Part shown: positions 1-10,241 of the stretch, piece by piece
How positions within the stretch are numbered: the stretch's first letter is position 1
Layout of the letters: each line of letters begins with the position of its first letter
Source: an uncultured Verrucomicrobiae bacterium
GTDB lineage: Bacteria; Verrucomicrobiota; Verrucomicrobiia; Limisphaerales; Palsa-1400
Length of the DNA stretch: 64,000 nt
Assembly (NCBI GenBank): GCA_963707025.1
Contig: CAVPOM010000007.1
Span: forward strand, 160,001 to 224,000
Reading direction: 5' to 3'
Notes under the pieces: model-generated
What the model was told of the DNA's origin: nothing
Database searches by the model: none
What the model saw: the letters and a program-made list of their open reading frames with translations, nothing else
Position numbers and translations under genes: made by a program

Positions 1-575
1 AGGGCTTCAAAACAGCCGCGGCTGCCGCAACCGCATTTGGGTCCGCCCACCTGCAGGACCATGTGGCCGATTTCCCCCGCCGTGCCAGTGAAGCCGGAAT
101 ATAATTTGCCGCCCAGGATGATGCCGCCCCCGATGCCGGTGCCCAGGAAAATGCCCACGACGTGGCTGGGTTTGGCGGACAGTTCCGTCTCATAAACGCC
201 CAGGATGGCGGCGTTGCAGTCGTTTTCCACGAAGACGGGGATGCCCAGTTGCTTTTCCAGCGTCTTTTTCAGGGGCACGTCCTCCCATTGCAGGTTGGGG
301 GCGAAAATGATGCGGCCGGTCTCGAAATCCACCGTGCCCGGCGCGCCGATGCCAACGCCCTGAACCTGCTTGAGTTCCAGGTCGCATTCATCCACCGCGT
401 CCCGCACGCTGCGGGCAATGCGCTCGATGACTTCCTCCGGCCCGCGCTCGGCCTTGGTGCTGAGCTTGGCGCGGCCCAGGCAGTTGAGGTCCGCGTCGAA
501 GATGCCGGTCAGGATCTTGGTCCCGCCCAGGTCCACGCCGGCGAAGCATTGCAGTTTGGCGGTTGCTTCAGCCAT
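1..575 (-). CDS. ROK-family sugar kinase (glucokinase-like), runs off the window start
   Basis: Not in the ORF track; manual translation from ATG 575: MAEATAKLQCFAGVDLGGTKI...GIGAPG...VENDCNAA...LGTGIGGG...AGEIGH...CGCGSRGCFEAL (ROK motifs plus Cys-rich Zn site). Confidence 0.92.
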   Translation of the reverse strand, partial: MAEATAKLQCFAGVDLGGTKILTGIFDADLNCLGRAKLSTKAERGPEEVIERIARSVRDAVDECDLELKQVQGVGIGAPGTVDFETGRIIFAPNLQWEDVPLKKTLEKQLGIPVFVENDCNAAILGVYETELSAKPSHVVGIFLGTGIGGGIILGGKLYSGFTGTAGEIGHMVLQVGGPKCGCGSRGCFEA

Positions 576-577
576 GG

Positions 578-1330
578 TTATTTGCCTGCCAGAACGCTTT
601 CGATGCGTTTGCGCAGTTCGATATTGATTTCCTCGGGCGAGCGATGGCCGTTGACCATGGTAAAGTCGTAAGTGGCCTGCAATTCCTTGAATTTGAGCGC
701 GACCAGGGTCTGATACTTGAGGAAGCTGTCAAACATATCGCGCGACAACCCCAGGTCCATGCCGCTTTCCCAGAAGTCCAGCGCCTGGTTTTTGGCGAAA
801 TTGCGCTCCACCAGATCCTCCGGCAGCACGTTGAGATAAAATACCACGTCCGGCACCAGGGCGATGCCATAGAGGTTCTTCAGCCAGGCCATGTCCATGC
901 CCCGCACCAGGTCGCGCACCATTAGCGTGTAAATGTAGCGGTCGGCCAGGACCATCATGCCGGCGCGCAAGCCGGGCAGGATGATGTTCTCCAACTGGTC
1001 GGCAAAATCCGTCGCGTAAAAAAGGCTGAAGGTGGTGCGGCTCAAAACGTTGCCCGCCTTGGCGTGGTCCAGTTCTTCGCTGACCAGGGTGGAGCGTTTG
1101 AGCCCCACCTGCACGGTGGCGTGGCCGCAGCCTTCCAGCCATTCCACCAGCCGGGCGATCTGGGTGGAGCGGCCCGACCCGTCGGCCCCTTCCACCACAA
1201 TGAGTTTGCCGCCCAGCTTGGTGAGGTCCATGCCCGGAACGCCCTGTCCGTAGAACTGCCGCGGCTTGGGCCGGGGCACCAGAATGCGCCGGGGATTGGT
1301 CTCAACGGGAATGCGCGCGGAACGTTTCAT
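578..1330 (-). CDS. Thymidylate-kinase-like protein B (variant P-loop)
   Basis: VEGADGSGRST P-loop with Arg in place of Lys, ADRY motif; start overlaps the stop of its paralog (ATGA 1327-1330). Confidence 0.85.
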   Translation of the reverse strand: MKRSARIPVETNPRRILVPRPKPRQFYGQGVPGMDLTKLGGKLIVVEGADGSGRSTQIARLVEWLEGCGHATVQVGLKRSTLVSEELDHAKAGNVLSRTTFSLFYATDFADQLENIILPGLRAGMMVLADRYIYTLMVRDLVRGMDMAWLKNLYGIALVPDVVFYLNVLPEDLVERNFAKNQALDFWESGMDLGLSRDMFDSFLKYQTLVALKFKELQATYDFTMVNGHRSPEEINIELRKRIESVLAGK

Positions 1331-2022
1331 GATATGGGCAGCGGCTTGTGCAGCTTGTACTCTCTCAGGTCCACCCTGGCCGCCACCAGGTCCCGCACGA
1401 TGGCCTGCTGCGCCTCGATGGGCTGGTTGGCGTCAATGACCAGGAATTTAAATTCCGTGCTCATGGCCAGATACTCCTCCAAAATCCGCCCCTGGAAAAT
1501 GCGGAAGCTTTCGTAAGGGTCGGACGACAAATGCAAATCCATCCCCGCCTCGAAATACTTCAATTGCGGGCGTCCCTCCAGAATGCGTTGCAGCGAAACC
1601 TCCAGCGAGGCCTTGAAAAAAAACACCAGGTCCGGCATGGCGGCGAAATTATAAATGCCGCGCACCCATTCCGGCGGACAGCCCCGCACGGTGTCGCGGC
1701 CAAAAGCGGTGAAAATATAGCGGTCGCACAGGACGATGTAACCGGCGCGCAGCAGCGGCACCAACTGGCGTTCGTAGCGGTCGGCGAAATCGGTGGCGTG
1801 GATGAGGCTGAACGTGTTGGGCGAGAGCAGCTCGCGTTTTTTTCCCTTGCTCGTGGCGTTCTTGACCAGCTCGGACGAATTCCATTCGCTGAAAAACACC
1901 TTCAGCCCCTGCAATTCCAGCCAGCGTTTCAGCAGGTAGATTTGCGTGGATTTGCCCGACCCATCCAGGCCCTCGACGGCGAGGAGGCGTCCGGGAAACC
2001 CCAGTTCGGCAAATGTTTTCAT
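1327..2022 (-). CDS. Thymidylate-kinase-like protein A
   Basis: VEGLDGSGKST P-loop, CDRY motif; probable start ATG 2022 (MKTFAELG). Confidence 0.87.
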   Translation of the reverse strand: MKTFAELGFPGRLLAVEGLDGSGKSTQIYLLKRWLELQGLKVFFSEWNSSELVKNATSKGKKRELLSPNTFSLIHATDFADRYERQLVPLLRAGYIVLCDRYIFTAFGRDTVRGCPPEWVRGIYNFAAMPDLVFFFKASLEVSLQRILEGRPQLKYFEAGMDLHLSSDPYESFRIFQGRILEEYLAMSTEFKFLVIDANQPIEAQQAIVRDLVAARVDLREYKLHKPLPIS

Positions 2023-2205
2023 CCGCCCCCCATTAAACATCTTTCCCGCCGCCAAACAAACCAAATTTGTGGACCCCGCTCAGTTTTTGGCCGGGCCGGG
2101 AAAGGTAGGGCGGGCACTCCGCTGCCCGCCGCGCCTCGCCGCCAGTGGGCTTCTCTGCATGTCGCTTTGCCCCTGCGGCGCAAGGCCCGCTCCTTCCTGC
2201 CTCCG

Positions 2206-2319
2206 GGGAGCACACGTCCCGACAAGTCGGGATGTCCGGTTCAGCGCCCTCGCTGAACCCACTCGCCGGTGTCAGCGACGAGGGCGTCGCCGACGGCACG
2301 CGAGGGCGCGTGCGCTCCC
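2206..2319. repeat. REP-like inverted pair (GGGAGCRCACG family)
   Basis: gggagcacacg at about 2206 on + and gggagcgcacgcgccctcgcgtg on - ending at about 2319, with internal hairpins; intergenic. Confidence 0.55.
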
Positions 2320-2369
2320 CGAAATTGTCTGTTGCAGATGCCGCTGGCGGGGTTACTGTCTAAATCAAG

Positions 2370-2576
2370 ATGAAAACGATCGAAGCGATCATCGAACCGG
2401 GCGGCGAGGTGCGGTTGATTGAGCCGGTACAATTGCCGTCACCGCGGCGCGCCCTCGTCACGATCCTTGATGAGGCGCCGATCATCCACGAGGCGGCGCT
2501 TTTGAGCGAGGCCGCGTTGGCCGGGGATTGGAATCGCGCTGAGGAGGATGCCGCATGTGCTCATTTGCAGCCTTGA
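2370..2576 (+). CDS. Small antitoxin-like protein (DUF104/AbrB-like N-terminus), no adjacent toxin
   Basis: MKTIEAIIEPGGEVRLIEPV...LLSEAALAGDWNRAEEDAA resembles antitoxins that normally precede PemK/MazF toxins. Confidence 0.6.
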   Translation: MKTIEAIIEPGGEVRLIEPVQLPSPRRALVTILDEAPIIHEAALLSEAALAGDWNRAEEDAACAHLQP

Positions 2577-2810
2577 CAAGTAAAGCTAACTATAACAACA
2601 CATGAGATAGAATTCGATAGGAGCAATTTTGGGAGAGTTTATGGGTGGACAAATCCACAGGAATACTGGTTCTTATGAGCGCTATTTTGAAACACCTCCC
2701 AATGGCCAGGGCCGTATGTGTTTGCGCCATGCCCATTGCCGGCATGGTTTTTCTTCAGTCCCAAATGTCGTTCATTCATGTCGATCCTGGAGGGCGAGAG
2801 CGGTTCGCTA

Positions 2811-3814
2811 GAGCGTTTCCATAAATGATATAGCTTGACTGGGGCGAGAGGGCTGGCAGGCTTGAGCCATGCGAGCGATACCCGTGTCTGCGCGCGAGCG
2901 CATCCTGCAACTCTATGAACAAGGCAAAAGCACCCGCGAGATCGCGGACTTTTTCGGCTTTTGCGTGGCGGCGGTGCGCCGGGTCCGGCAGCAGTTCCAA
3001 GAGCGCGGCACGCTCCAGCCGCAAACCCATTTGTGCGGGCGCAAAACGCTGCTGAACGCCGGACGCCAGGCTCGCCTGCAAAAGCTGGTGGCGGCCCAGC
3101 CCGACGCGACGTTGGCCGAGTTGGGGGCGCGTCTGGACCGCCCTTTCGGGACCTCCACTGTGGATTTGTGGCTGCGCAAACTGGGGTTGAGCTATAAAAA
3201 AAACGCTCTGCGCCGCCGAGCAGAACCGTCCGGACGTGGCCGAAAAGCGGGCCCATTGGCATGAGCGTCTGGCAAGTGACCCACCTGCCCGACTGGTCTT
3301 CGTGGATGAAAGCGGGGCCAACACCAAGATGACCCGTTTTTGCGGGCGGTCACCCGTGGGCCGAAGACTGGCGGCCCACGTCCCGCAGGGACATTATCAG
3401 ACCACCACCCTGGTCTGCGCCATTCGTCTGGCCGGGCCTGCGGCCCCCTGCCTCTTTGAGGGGGCCATGGACGGGGAAATGTTTTTGGCCTGGATCCAGC
3501 AGGGGCTGGTGGTGGAGTTGCGCAAGGGTGACTTGGTCATCATGGACAACTTGGCCACGCATAAGGTGACCGGAGTCCGCCAAGCCATCGAAGAGGCCGG
3601 GGCAACGCTGCTGTATCTGCCGCCCTATTCGCCAGACTTTAATCCCATCGAAAATATGTGGAGCAAGGTCAAACAAATTATGCGAGGTCTCGCGCCGCGA
3701 ACCGCCAAGGAACTGCTCCAAGCGGCGAAGATTGCCTTTGAAGCCATCTCCACCGCCGATTGCCGGGGCTTCTTTTTAAACGCCCGCTACGCTACATGAT
3801 TTATGGAAATGCTC
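2811..3814 (+). mobile_element. IS630-family insertion sequence, 1004 bp, TA target duplication
   Basis: Terminal inverted repeats TAGAGCGTTTCCATAAATGATATAGC / GCTACATGATTTATGGAAATGCTCTA (23/26 including TA); TA at 2809-2810 and 3815-3816. Confidence 0.95.
2869..3799 (+). CDS. IS630 transposase, OrfA (HTH) + OrfB (DDE) joined by a -1 frameshift
   Basis: A8 run at 3196-3203 gives YKKK-TLCAAEQ; catalytic motifs FVDESG, MDNLATHK, LPPYSPDFNPIE. Confidence 0.92.
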
Positions 3815-4256
3815 TATCCCGATGCCTCTCTATGATTGGATGGTCGGTGCGGCCTTTATACTGACTAGTATAATACTTTGCGTGATAACTTTCAAACAAG
3901 GTTCGCAAATGGAGAAGGTTTTTGGTGCTATCGGCGCGCTCCTCACTGCGTTGCTTTTGAGAAGTTACGTCATCGTTTTATGGATCTCCACCCACCATTA
4001 GTTGCCAGTTGACCACATTGGCTATCAAAGCGGTCAGGCCATAGAACTGTGTTGCCCAAAACAGTGACAAAATGCAACCAGGCAGGTGGAAGGGGTGAAA
4101 CCGTACTTTTGCCCAATGAAATAGACAGGACCCTGCACAATTGGGTAAAAGGTGACCCCTTTGAAGGGTTACCGATAATCGCATAATTATCGTTTTCGTC
4201 CCGCATGGTGCGTCAGGTTCGCCAACGAGCCGGTGTCGCCCTGGCCTCGCGCCGCG

Positions 4257-5909
4257 CTATTTCCAATGACAGAGCCAGCCCCGCGCCTCCACCGTCAGCG
4301 GCTGCCCGTTGAGCACCACTTCTGCCGGCGCATCGTTGAAATTCTCCACCACCCAGCCTCCTTGAGTGAACAAATACAGCGCCACCCGGTTCGGCGCCCG
4401 AAAGACCGTGCCCAGCGCGCCCAGCAACGGCGCGCGCAGCTCGTCCAACTGCGCTTGCGGCAGCGCCAGCAGGGAAGCCGGTTGCCCTTTTACGGCCAGA
4501 ACATGCACGTTGGCCGCCTCCAGGTTGACCCGGCCCGCCAGGCGACGCGCCAGACCGTCTGTCAATAACAACGGCCGCCCGGTTTGGATGAAAGCCCCCA
4601 GTTCCGCCGCCAGGTTGGTGTCGGCCAGGGCGTCCGCGGAAAGGAAGGCGGCCGGGGCATTGGCCGGGAATTGATGGCAGGGCGCCAGCGGCAAGCCCAT
4701 CATGCCAATATAATCGAAGACGCACCGTTCCCCCTGCGGACTGCTGTTGGGCGGTTTGTAAGCGGCCAGCCCCACCGGCTCGCGCCGCCGCACCTCGCGC
4801 GCCACCGCGAGCAATTCGGGAATGTTGGTTCGCAGCGCCGCGATATCCGCCGGCCCGCTGTCGCGATGCAGCCCGCTGTAGCAGAACAGCATGGATTCGC
4901 GCGCGCCCGCCAACACGGTCTGCCGGGCTTGTTCCACGTAAGTATGCTCGGTGGTGCCTAGCCAGTCGTACCAGCCGCCGCCGCACTTTTCGCCGCCAAT
5001 CCCGCCCAGCCAGCGCATCAGAAAATATCCCCCGTACTGCGCGATTCCGCCCCAGTTCTTGTTGGTGTAGTCGCGGGTTTCGGTCCCCACCCAGATGCGG
5101 TCGAAGGCGGCGGTTTCCCGCGCCACGTCGTAGCCGCGTTCCTGGAATTCCTCATACCAATTGGGATATTTGATGATGAGCCGCGCCTTGGGGTTGACGC
5201 GCCTGGCTGCGCCCAGCAACCGGTCCTGCGACAGCCGCAGCAGCAATTCGCAGCGATAATCCGGCCAGGTGCCGCCGCTGACCGGATAGGTTTTGGGGCC
5301 GATGGCGACGGTCCGGCTGGCGCGCGCCGCGTCGCAATTCGAACAAGTGCAATCGGTACACCAGAAGTCGTCAATCATAATCTCATCGAACAGGCCGGCC
5401 GCGAACTCGAACACAGCCTGGAGATGGTCCTGGGTGGCGGGGTCGGTGTAACAGGTCAGGCTCCCCCAATGACCCGCCGAGGGCTTGCCCAGCCGGGTCG
5501 TCGTCACGCAGCCCGAGGCGAGGAATCCCGCCGCCCGGAAACGGTCCCGCGCCCGCGTCAGCGTTGGGCCATCCGCCTGCTGGCCATCGCGGTATTCCTC
5601 CAAATAAACCTTGGTCACCCCCGACTCCTGGCACCAGCGGATGGCTTCGGCCATCTCGGCCTCCGACGACAAATAGCTGCGAACGCACTGCACGGTGAAG
5701 AGCGTGGAGAAGCGGTGAATGTCCGCGGCCTGTTGGGCGGAGGTCCACAATTCCGGCGCCAGGGCGGACCCGGGGCCGGCGTGCAAGCGGGCCGTTCCAG
5801 TGAGGAAGGCAATGACCAGCCATCGCATCACCTCACTCCGCAACGTCCGCCGGCCGGCGGGCAAAGGCAGCTTTGCGCGTAAACGGTTCATAAACGGGTC
5901 CCGCATCAT
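4257..5909 (-). CDS. Secreted protein of unknown function, probable glycoside-hydrolase-like barrel
   Basis: 550-aa ORF with signal-like N-terminus, FDEIMIDDFWCTDCTCSNC; start uncertain. Confidence 0.55.
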   Translation of the reverse strand: MMRDPFMNRLRAKLPLPAGRRTLRSEVMRWLVIAFLTGTARLHAGPGSALAPELWTSAQQAADIHRFSTLFTVQCVRSYLSSEAEMAEAIRWCQESGVTKVYLEEYRDGQQADGPTLTRARDRFRAAGFLASGCVTTTRLGKPSAGHWGSLTCYTDPATQDHLQAVFEFAAGLFDEIMIDDFWCTDCTCSNCDAARASRTVAIGPKTYPVSGGTWPDYRCELLLRLSQDRLLGAARRVNPKARLIIKYPNWYEEFQERGYDVARETAAFDRIWVGTETRDYTNKNWGGIAQYGGYFLMRWLGGIGGEKCGGGWYDWLGTTEHTYVEQARQTVLAGARESMLFCYSGLHRDSGPADIAALRTNIPELLAVAREVRRREPVGLAAYKPPNSSPQGERCVFDYIGMMGLPLAPCHQFPANAPAAFLSADALADTNLAAELGAFIQTGRPLLLTDGLARRLAGRVNLEAANVHVLAVKGQPASLLALPQAQLDELRAPLLGALGTVFRAPNRVALYLFTQGGWVVENFNDAPAEVVLNGQPLTVEARGWLCHWK

Positions 5910-6202
5910 CGCATGTTTTTATTTTCTTCGTGTATGGCGCGGCAAGTTCGCCAAAGAACCAGCCCACCCAAGTTTATTCGCCTGGCCATCCCGTTCAAGT
6001 TCATTCCCGCCAAACGGACCGGCAGGGTGTGAGACAAAATTATTCCTTGAAAGCCGTCGTGCAGGGAGAATCAGGGCATTTAGTATATAGGCTTCGCATA
6101 CACAGCCGCCTCGTCCGGCTTTCTCTTGAAGGCACGAACAAGCACAGGAGGAAAACGTTAGGTTGAGGCGAACCCAAAAGCCGGGTCAGTGGAAAAGCCC
6201 GA

Positions 6203-6352
6203 CCTCACCCCGGCCCTCTCCTCCCGGAGAGGGTGAAACATCGGCCGCCCTGGCGAAAGGCCAGCGCCGGGTTTTGCAGGACTCGCCTGCGCCCAAGCCG
6301 AGGCGGGCGATGTCGGTTCCTTCTCCCAGGGGGAGAAGGTCAGGATGAGGGC
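6203..6352. repeat. REP-like inverted pair (CCCTCACCCCGGCCCTCTCC...GGAGAGGG family)
   Basis: cctcaccccggccctctcctcccggagaggg on + and gccctcatcctgaccttctccccctgggagaagg on -. Confidence 0.7.
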
Positions 6353-6717
6353 GAGCCACGAAGAATTTTGTCTCACGCCTGATCGGCAGGATGATCGGTG
6401 CAATCCGGGCAGTTCCCGATTGGTGCTTCGCCGTTTTCAGTGGAATCGAGCCACCGCTCAACGCCCGCTGAAGCCAAGCCTCTGGCGGCCAGGGAGTCCC
6501 GCCTGTTCCAGCCGCTTCTTAATTTTGCATTCTGCATTTTGCATTCGGCATTTTCTTCAAACCGGGGCTTGACAAAAATTAGAACCTATGGTTGAATTGT
6601 CAGCGTGAGGCACGTAGGCACAGGCCGGGGTCCGTTTCGGCAGGGAGCGCCCAGCGCGGGCGCGGAGCGCGCGGCGAATTGCCCGCCCCGCGCAACACCA
6701 AAAGGGAGGGCGGCTGA

Positions 6718-6777
6718 TTTCAGCTATTTTCACCTGGTTTCACTTGTTTTCACCTAATTTCACCTAATTTCATTTCC
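6718..6777. repeat. Six TTTCA units at an exact 10-bp period
   Basis: TTTCA starts at 6718, 6728, 6738, 6748, 6758 and 6768. Confidence 0.9.
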
Positions 6778-6802
6778 CGGCCCCAGGGGGGGTGGGCTTC
6801 CC

Positions 6803-8837
6803 ATGCGACTAAATTTATCATTTGGCATTTTTCATTTGTCATGGCTCTTGGCGTTCAGCCTGGCCGCCGTGCGCGTGGAGGCGGCGGAGGTTGTCTTCTA
6901 TGTCGTGCCGGGCAGCAACGGGGTTTGGTTCGGCCAGTCGCCCGCGCTGTCCGCGGGCGGCAAGGGAGCGACGGCGGGCAGCCTGCCGGCGGTGGTTGAG
7001 GCGGTCCGCGCCGCCCGGAAGGGCCTCGGGCCGGATTCGCCGGCAACCATCTTCCTGCGCGGCGGCACTTACGAGCTGGCCGCGCCGCTGGTCCTGACGC
7101 CTGAAGACTCCGGTTCTGACGCTCGCCGCCTATGGCAGCGAGAAGCCTGTGCTCAGCGGAGGGCGGAGGATCACGGGCTGGCGAACGGTCGCCGGCAAGC
7201 CCGGCTGGTGGGAAGCAGAAATTCCCGCCGTGCGGGAGGGCGCGTGGTATTTCCGTTCGCTCTTCGTCAGCGGACGCCGGGCGCAGCGGGCGCGCACGCC
7301 CAACGAAGGCTTCTTTCGCATTGACGGCGACAGCCCGCAGGAACATCCGGCCCGGCTGCATTTCCACGGCGGCGACATCAAGCCGGAGTGGGCCCAGGCG
7401 GGAGACGTTGAGGTGGTGGCCTTGTTGGCGTGGGCGGACTTCCGCATGTTCATCCGCGCGGTGGATGCCAACAACCACGTTGCGACGCTCTCGGCCAACC
7501 CGCGTCCTTCCAACAAGGAAAACAACGCTCGCTATTTCATCGAAAACGCGCCGGACGGCCTGGACGCGCCCGGCGAATGGCGTCTCGACCGGAGGACCGG
7601 CCTGCTGACCTATATTGCCAGGCCGGGCGAGGATTTGACCAAGGCCGAGGTCATCGCGCCGCAGTTGGAGGAATTGGCGCTTCTGCAAGGCGACTTGGCG
7701 GCGCAGCGGCCTGTCAGGAATGTGACCCTGCGGGGGCTGACCTTCAGCCACACCGACTGGACGGTGCCCGCCGAAGGCTACGCCGACACGCAGGCGGCCG
7801 TGGGCGTGCCTGGCGGCATCAGGGCCGAGGGCGCGACGGACTGCGTTTTGCAAAGCTGCACCTTCACACGCCTGGCCGGCTACGCGGTCGAACTGGGGCG
7901 CGGCTGCCAGCGCGACCAGGTCAGCCGTTGCCAGATGTTCGATCTGGGCGCCGGGGGCGTTCGCCTGGGCGAGCCGGAGAAGCGCCCCGGCGCGTTGGAG
8001 CAGAACCACAGCCACACAATTATTGACAACCACATTCACCACGGGGGCCTGGTTTATCCGCCGGCGGTGGGGGTTTTTATTCTGCAAAGCGGCAGCAACC
8101 TGGTGGCGCACAACGAAATTGACCACCTTTATTACACGGCGATTTCGGCGGGCTGGACCTGGGGCTACCAGGAGTCGCCTTGCCGGGAAAACATCATCGA
8201 GTTCAATCATCTGCACGACCTTGGCCAGGGGATGCTCAGCGACATGGGGGGCGTCTATACGCTGGGCCTCCAGCGCGGCACGATCATCCGCCACAATCTT
8301 ATTCACGATGTGGAGAGCTTCACCTACGGCGGGTGGGGCCTTTACACCGATGAAGGGAGTTCGGAAATCCTGCTGGAGAACAATGTCGTTTATCGCTGCA
8401 AGAGCGCCGGCTTTCACCAGCATTACGGGCGGGAGAATGTCCTGCGCAACAACATTTTTGCCTTTAACCGCGAGGCGCAGCTCATGCGCACCCGCAACGA
8501 GGAACACACCTCCTTTTTCTTCACCAATAACATCGTGCTGTTCGACTCCGGCACGCTCCTCGGCGGCAACTGGCAGGGGGACCACTACCTGATGGACCGC
8601 AACGTCTATTGGGATGCCCGCCCCGGGGCCGGGCCGGGCGGAATGCTTTTTTCAGGCGTGACTCTGGAGAACTGGCGCGCGCGGGGGCACGACCTGCACT
8701 CGCTCATCGCCGACCCGCTCTTCGTCGCGCCCAGGGAATGGGATTTCCGGTTGAAGACCGACTCGCCCGCCTTGCCGCTCGGGTTCAAACCGATGGCCTT
8801 GACCGGGGCGGGAGTGCGCCAGGGAGGTTCTCAATGA
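6803..8837 (+). CDS. Secreted right-handed beta-helix protein (GH141-like); 1-nt frameshift at about 7114
   Basis: Signal peptide + IFLRGGTYEL (ORF 6803) joins LAAYGSEKPVLSGG (frame of ORF 7149) if one T is removed; beta-helix motifs SDMGGVYTLG, GWGLYTDEGS. Confidence 0.8.
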
Positions 8838-10231
8838 ATGACAACCGCCGGGTCGCGCTTGGGATGGGCCGCTTCTCCCTTGAATCCGGTCAGGCGCAGG
8901 TTGGTCACGCTCTCGGCTTCCAGGGCGAAAGTGAAATAGTCCGGGATGTTCCGGCCCCAATGCACCGAGCAGTTTTGCAAGGTGATGTTGCCGGCGTTGC
9001 GCAGGCTGAAAGCGGGGTTGCCGTGCGCTTCGATCGGGTCCGGTGCCTGGGTCGGGCGGTTGTCGAACAAGCCGCCCGGATATTTGGTCCAGCGCTCCAG
9101 GGTCACGGCCACGTTGTCCAGGAGCACGTCCTGGATGGGGCTGGCGGCCGCGCCGCGGAGGCGCACGCTGTTCTCGGCGCGCCCGGTGATGTTTTGCAGG
9201 GTGATGTGGCGCATCGTCCCCAGTTTCGTCTCCGGCGTGCGCGGCAGGGCGGTCAGGGAAACGGCTTCGCCGCGGCCCCACCACGGATCGCCGTAATAAC
9301 GGGAGACCAACTGGATGTCGCGAAATTGCACGTTATAAACGCTGCCTTCGTCGCGCAGTTGGATGGCGAGGCCGCGGCTGCCGGTGAGAATCCGGCAGCG
9401 CTCAAACAAAATATCGTGAATGTCGCTGGTGGTTTCGGTGCCGATCTTCAGGCCCGCATCCTGCGTTTCCAGCACGCAATCGCGCACGGTGATGTTGGCC
9501 GACGGGCCGTAAGCGCCGGTCTGGCGGGTGGTTTTGATGACGATGGCGTCGTCGCCCGAGGTGATGCGGCAGTGGCGGATTTCCACGTCCTGGCAATGGT
9601 CGGGATCAATGCCGTCGCAGTTGGGCACGTCGAGCCGGTTGCGGATGGTGACGTTGTCAACAAGAACATGGCTGCAGCCCAGCAGGTGCAGCCCCCAAAA
9701 GGGCGCGTCCCCGAAGGTGATGTCGCGGATTTCCAGGTTGGTGCAGCCGGTGAGGGTGAACATTTTGGGCCGCCAGGGCGCGCCGAGCCACCATTCGCCC
9801 ACCGGGTCGTAACCGGTCATGAAGGCGAGGGATCGCCCGCGGATGTGGCCGCGGCCGCTGATTTGCAGGCCGCTGGCATGGCGGGCCGTGATCACCCCGT
9901 CTGCCGCATAGTCGGAACGGTTGGTGCTGATGAGCAATTCACCGTCAAGATGAAAATCAATGCCGCCGCGCAATTCGAGCGTGCCGGTCAAAAAGCGGTG
10001 TCCGCGCGGCAGCAGCACGCGCGCGCCGCGGCCGGCCCGCGCGGCGGCGTCAATGGCGCGCTGGAGGGCGGCCGTGTCCAGGGTGACGCCGTCGCCCGCG
10101 GCGCCGAAATCCAGGACGGTGAAGACCGGGCCGGCGGCCGGGGCGTTGGGCGCGGCCAGGGAAAGCCAGAGCGCGGCGGCGGAGGCGAGTTTGCGCAGGA
10201 ATAAAATAGGTTTGACAGAACGGCCAGGCAT
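8831..10231 (-). CDS. Glycoside hydrolase family 28 protein
   Basis: DFGAAGDGVTLDT, NCDGIDPD, GDDAIVIK, GLKIGTET motifs; signal peptide. Confidence 0.88.
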   Translation of the reverse strand: MPGRSVKPILFLRKLASAAALWLSLAAPNAPAAGPVFTVLDFGAAGDGVTLDTAALQRAIDAAARAGRGARVLLPRGHRFLTGTLELRGGIDFHLDGELLISTNRSDYAADGVITARHASGLQISGRGHIRGRSLAFMTGYDPVGEWWLGAPWRPKMFTLTGCTNLEIRDITFGDAPFWGLHLLGCSHVLVDNVTIRNRLDVPNCDGIDPDHCQDVEIRHCRITSGDDAIVIKTTRQTGAYGPSANITVRDCVLETQDAGLKIGTETTSDIHDILFERCRILTGSRGLAIQLRDEGSVYNVQFRDIQLVSRYYGDPWWGRGEAVSLTALPRTPETKLGTMRHITLQNITGRAENSVRLRGAAASPIQDVLLDNVAVTLERWTKYPGGLFDNRPTQAPDPIEAHGNPAFSLRNAGNITLQNCSVHWGRNIPDYFTFALEAESVTNLRLTGFKGEAAHPKRDPAVVIH

Positions 10232-10241
10232 CGGATGGCTC

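Larger units (their letters stand above)
2675..4001 (+). pseudogene. Small multi-pass membrane protein gene interrupted by IS630
   Basis: Removing the IS and one TA joins 2675-2810 to 3817-4001 into a stop-free 106-codon hydrophobic ORF (MSAILKHLPM...ERFA|IPMPLYDWMVGAAFILTSIILCV...STHH*). Confidence 0.75.

Noticed and set aside
1..575. ROK kinase as a polyphosphate glucokinase
   Set aside because: It carries the Cys-rich Zn motif of ordinary ATP-dependent ROK kinases; donor specificity cannot be read from this sequence.
6569..6597. Sigma-70 promoter (TTGACA-17 bp-TTGAAT)
   Set aside because: The -35 is perfect but the -10 lacks the conserved second-position A; too weak to call without transcription data.
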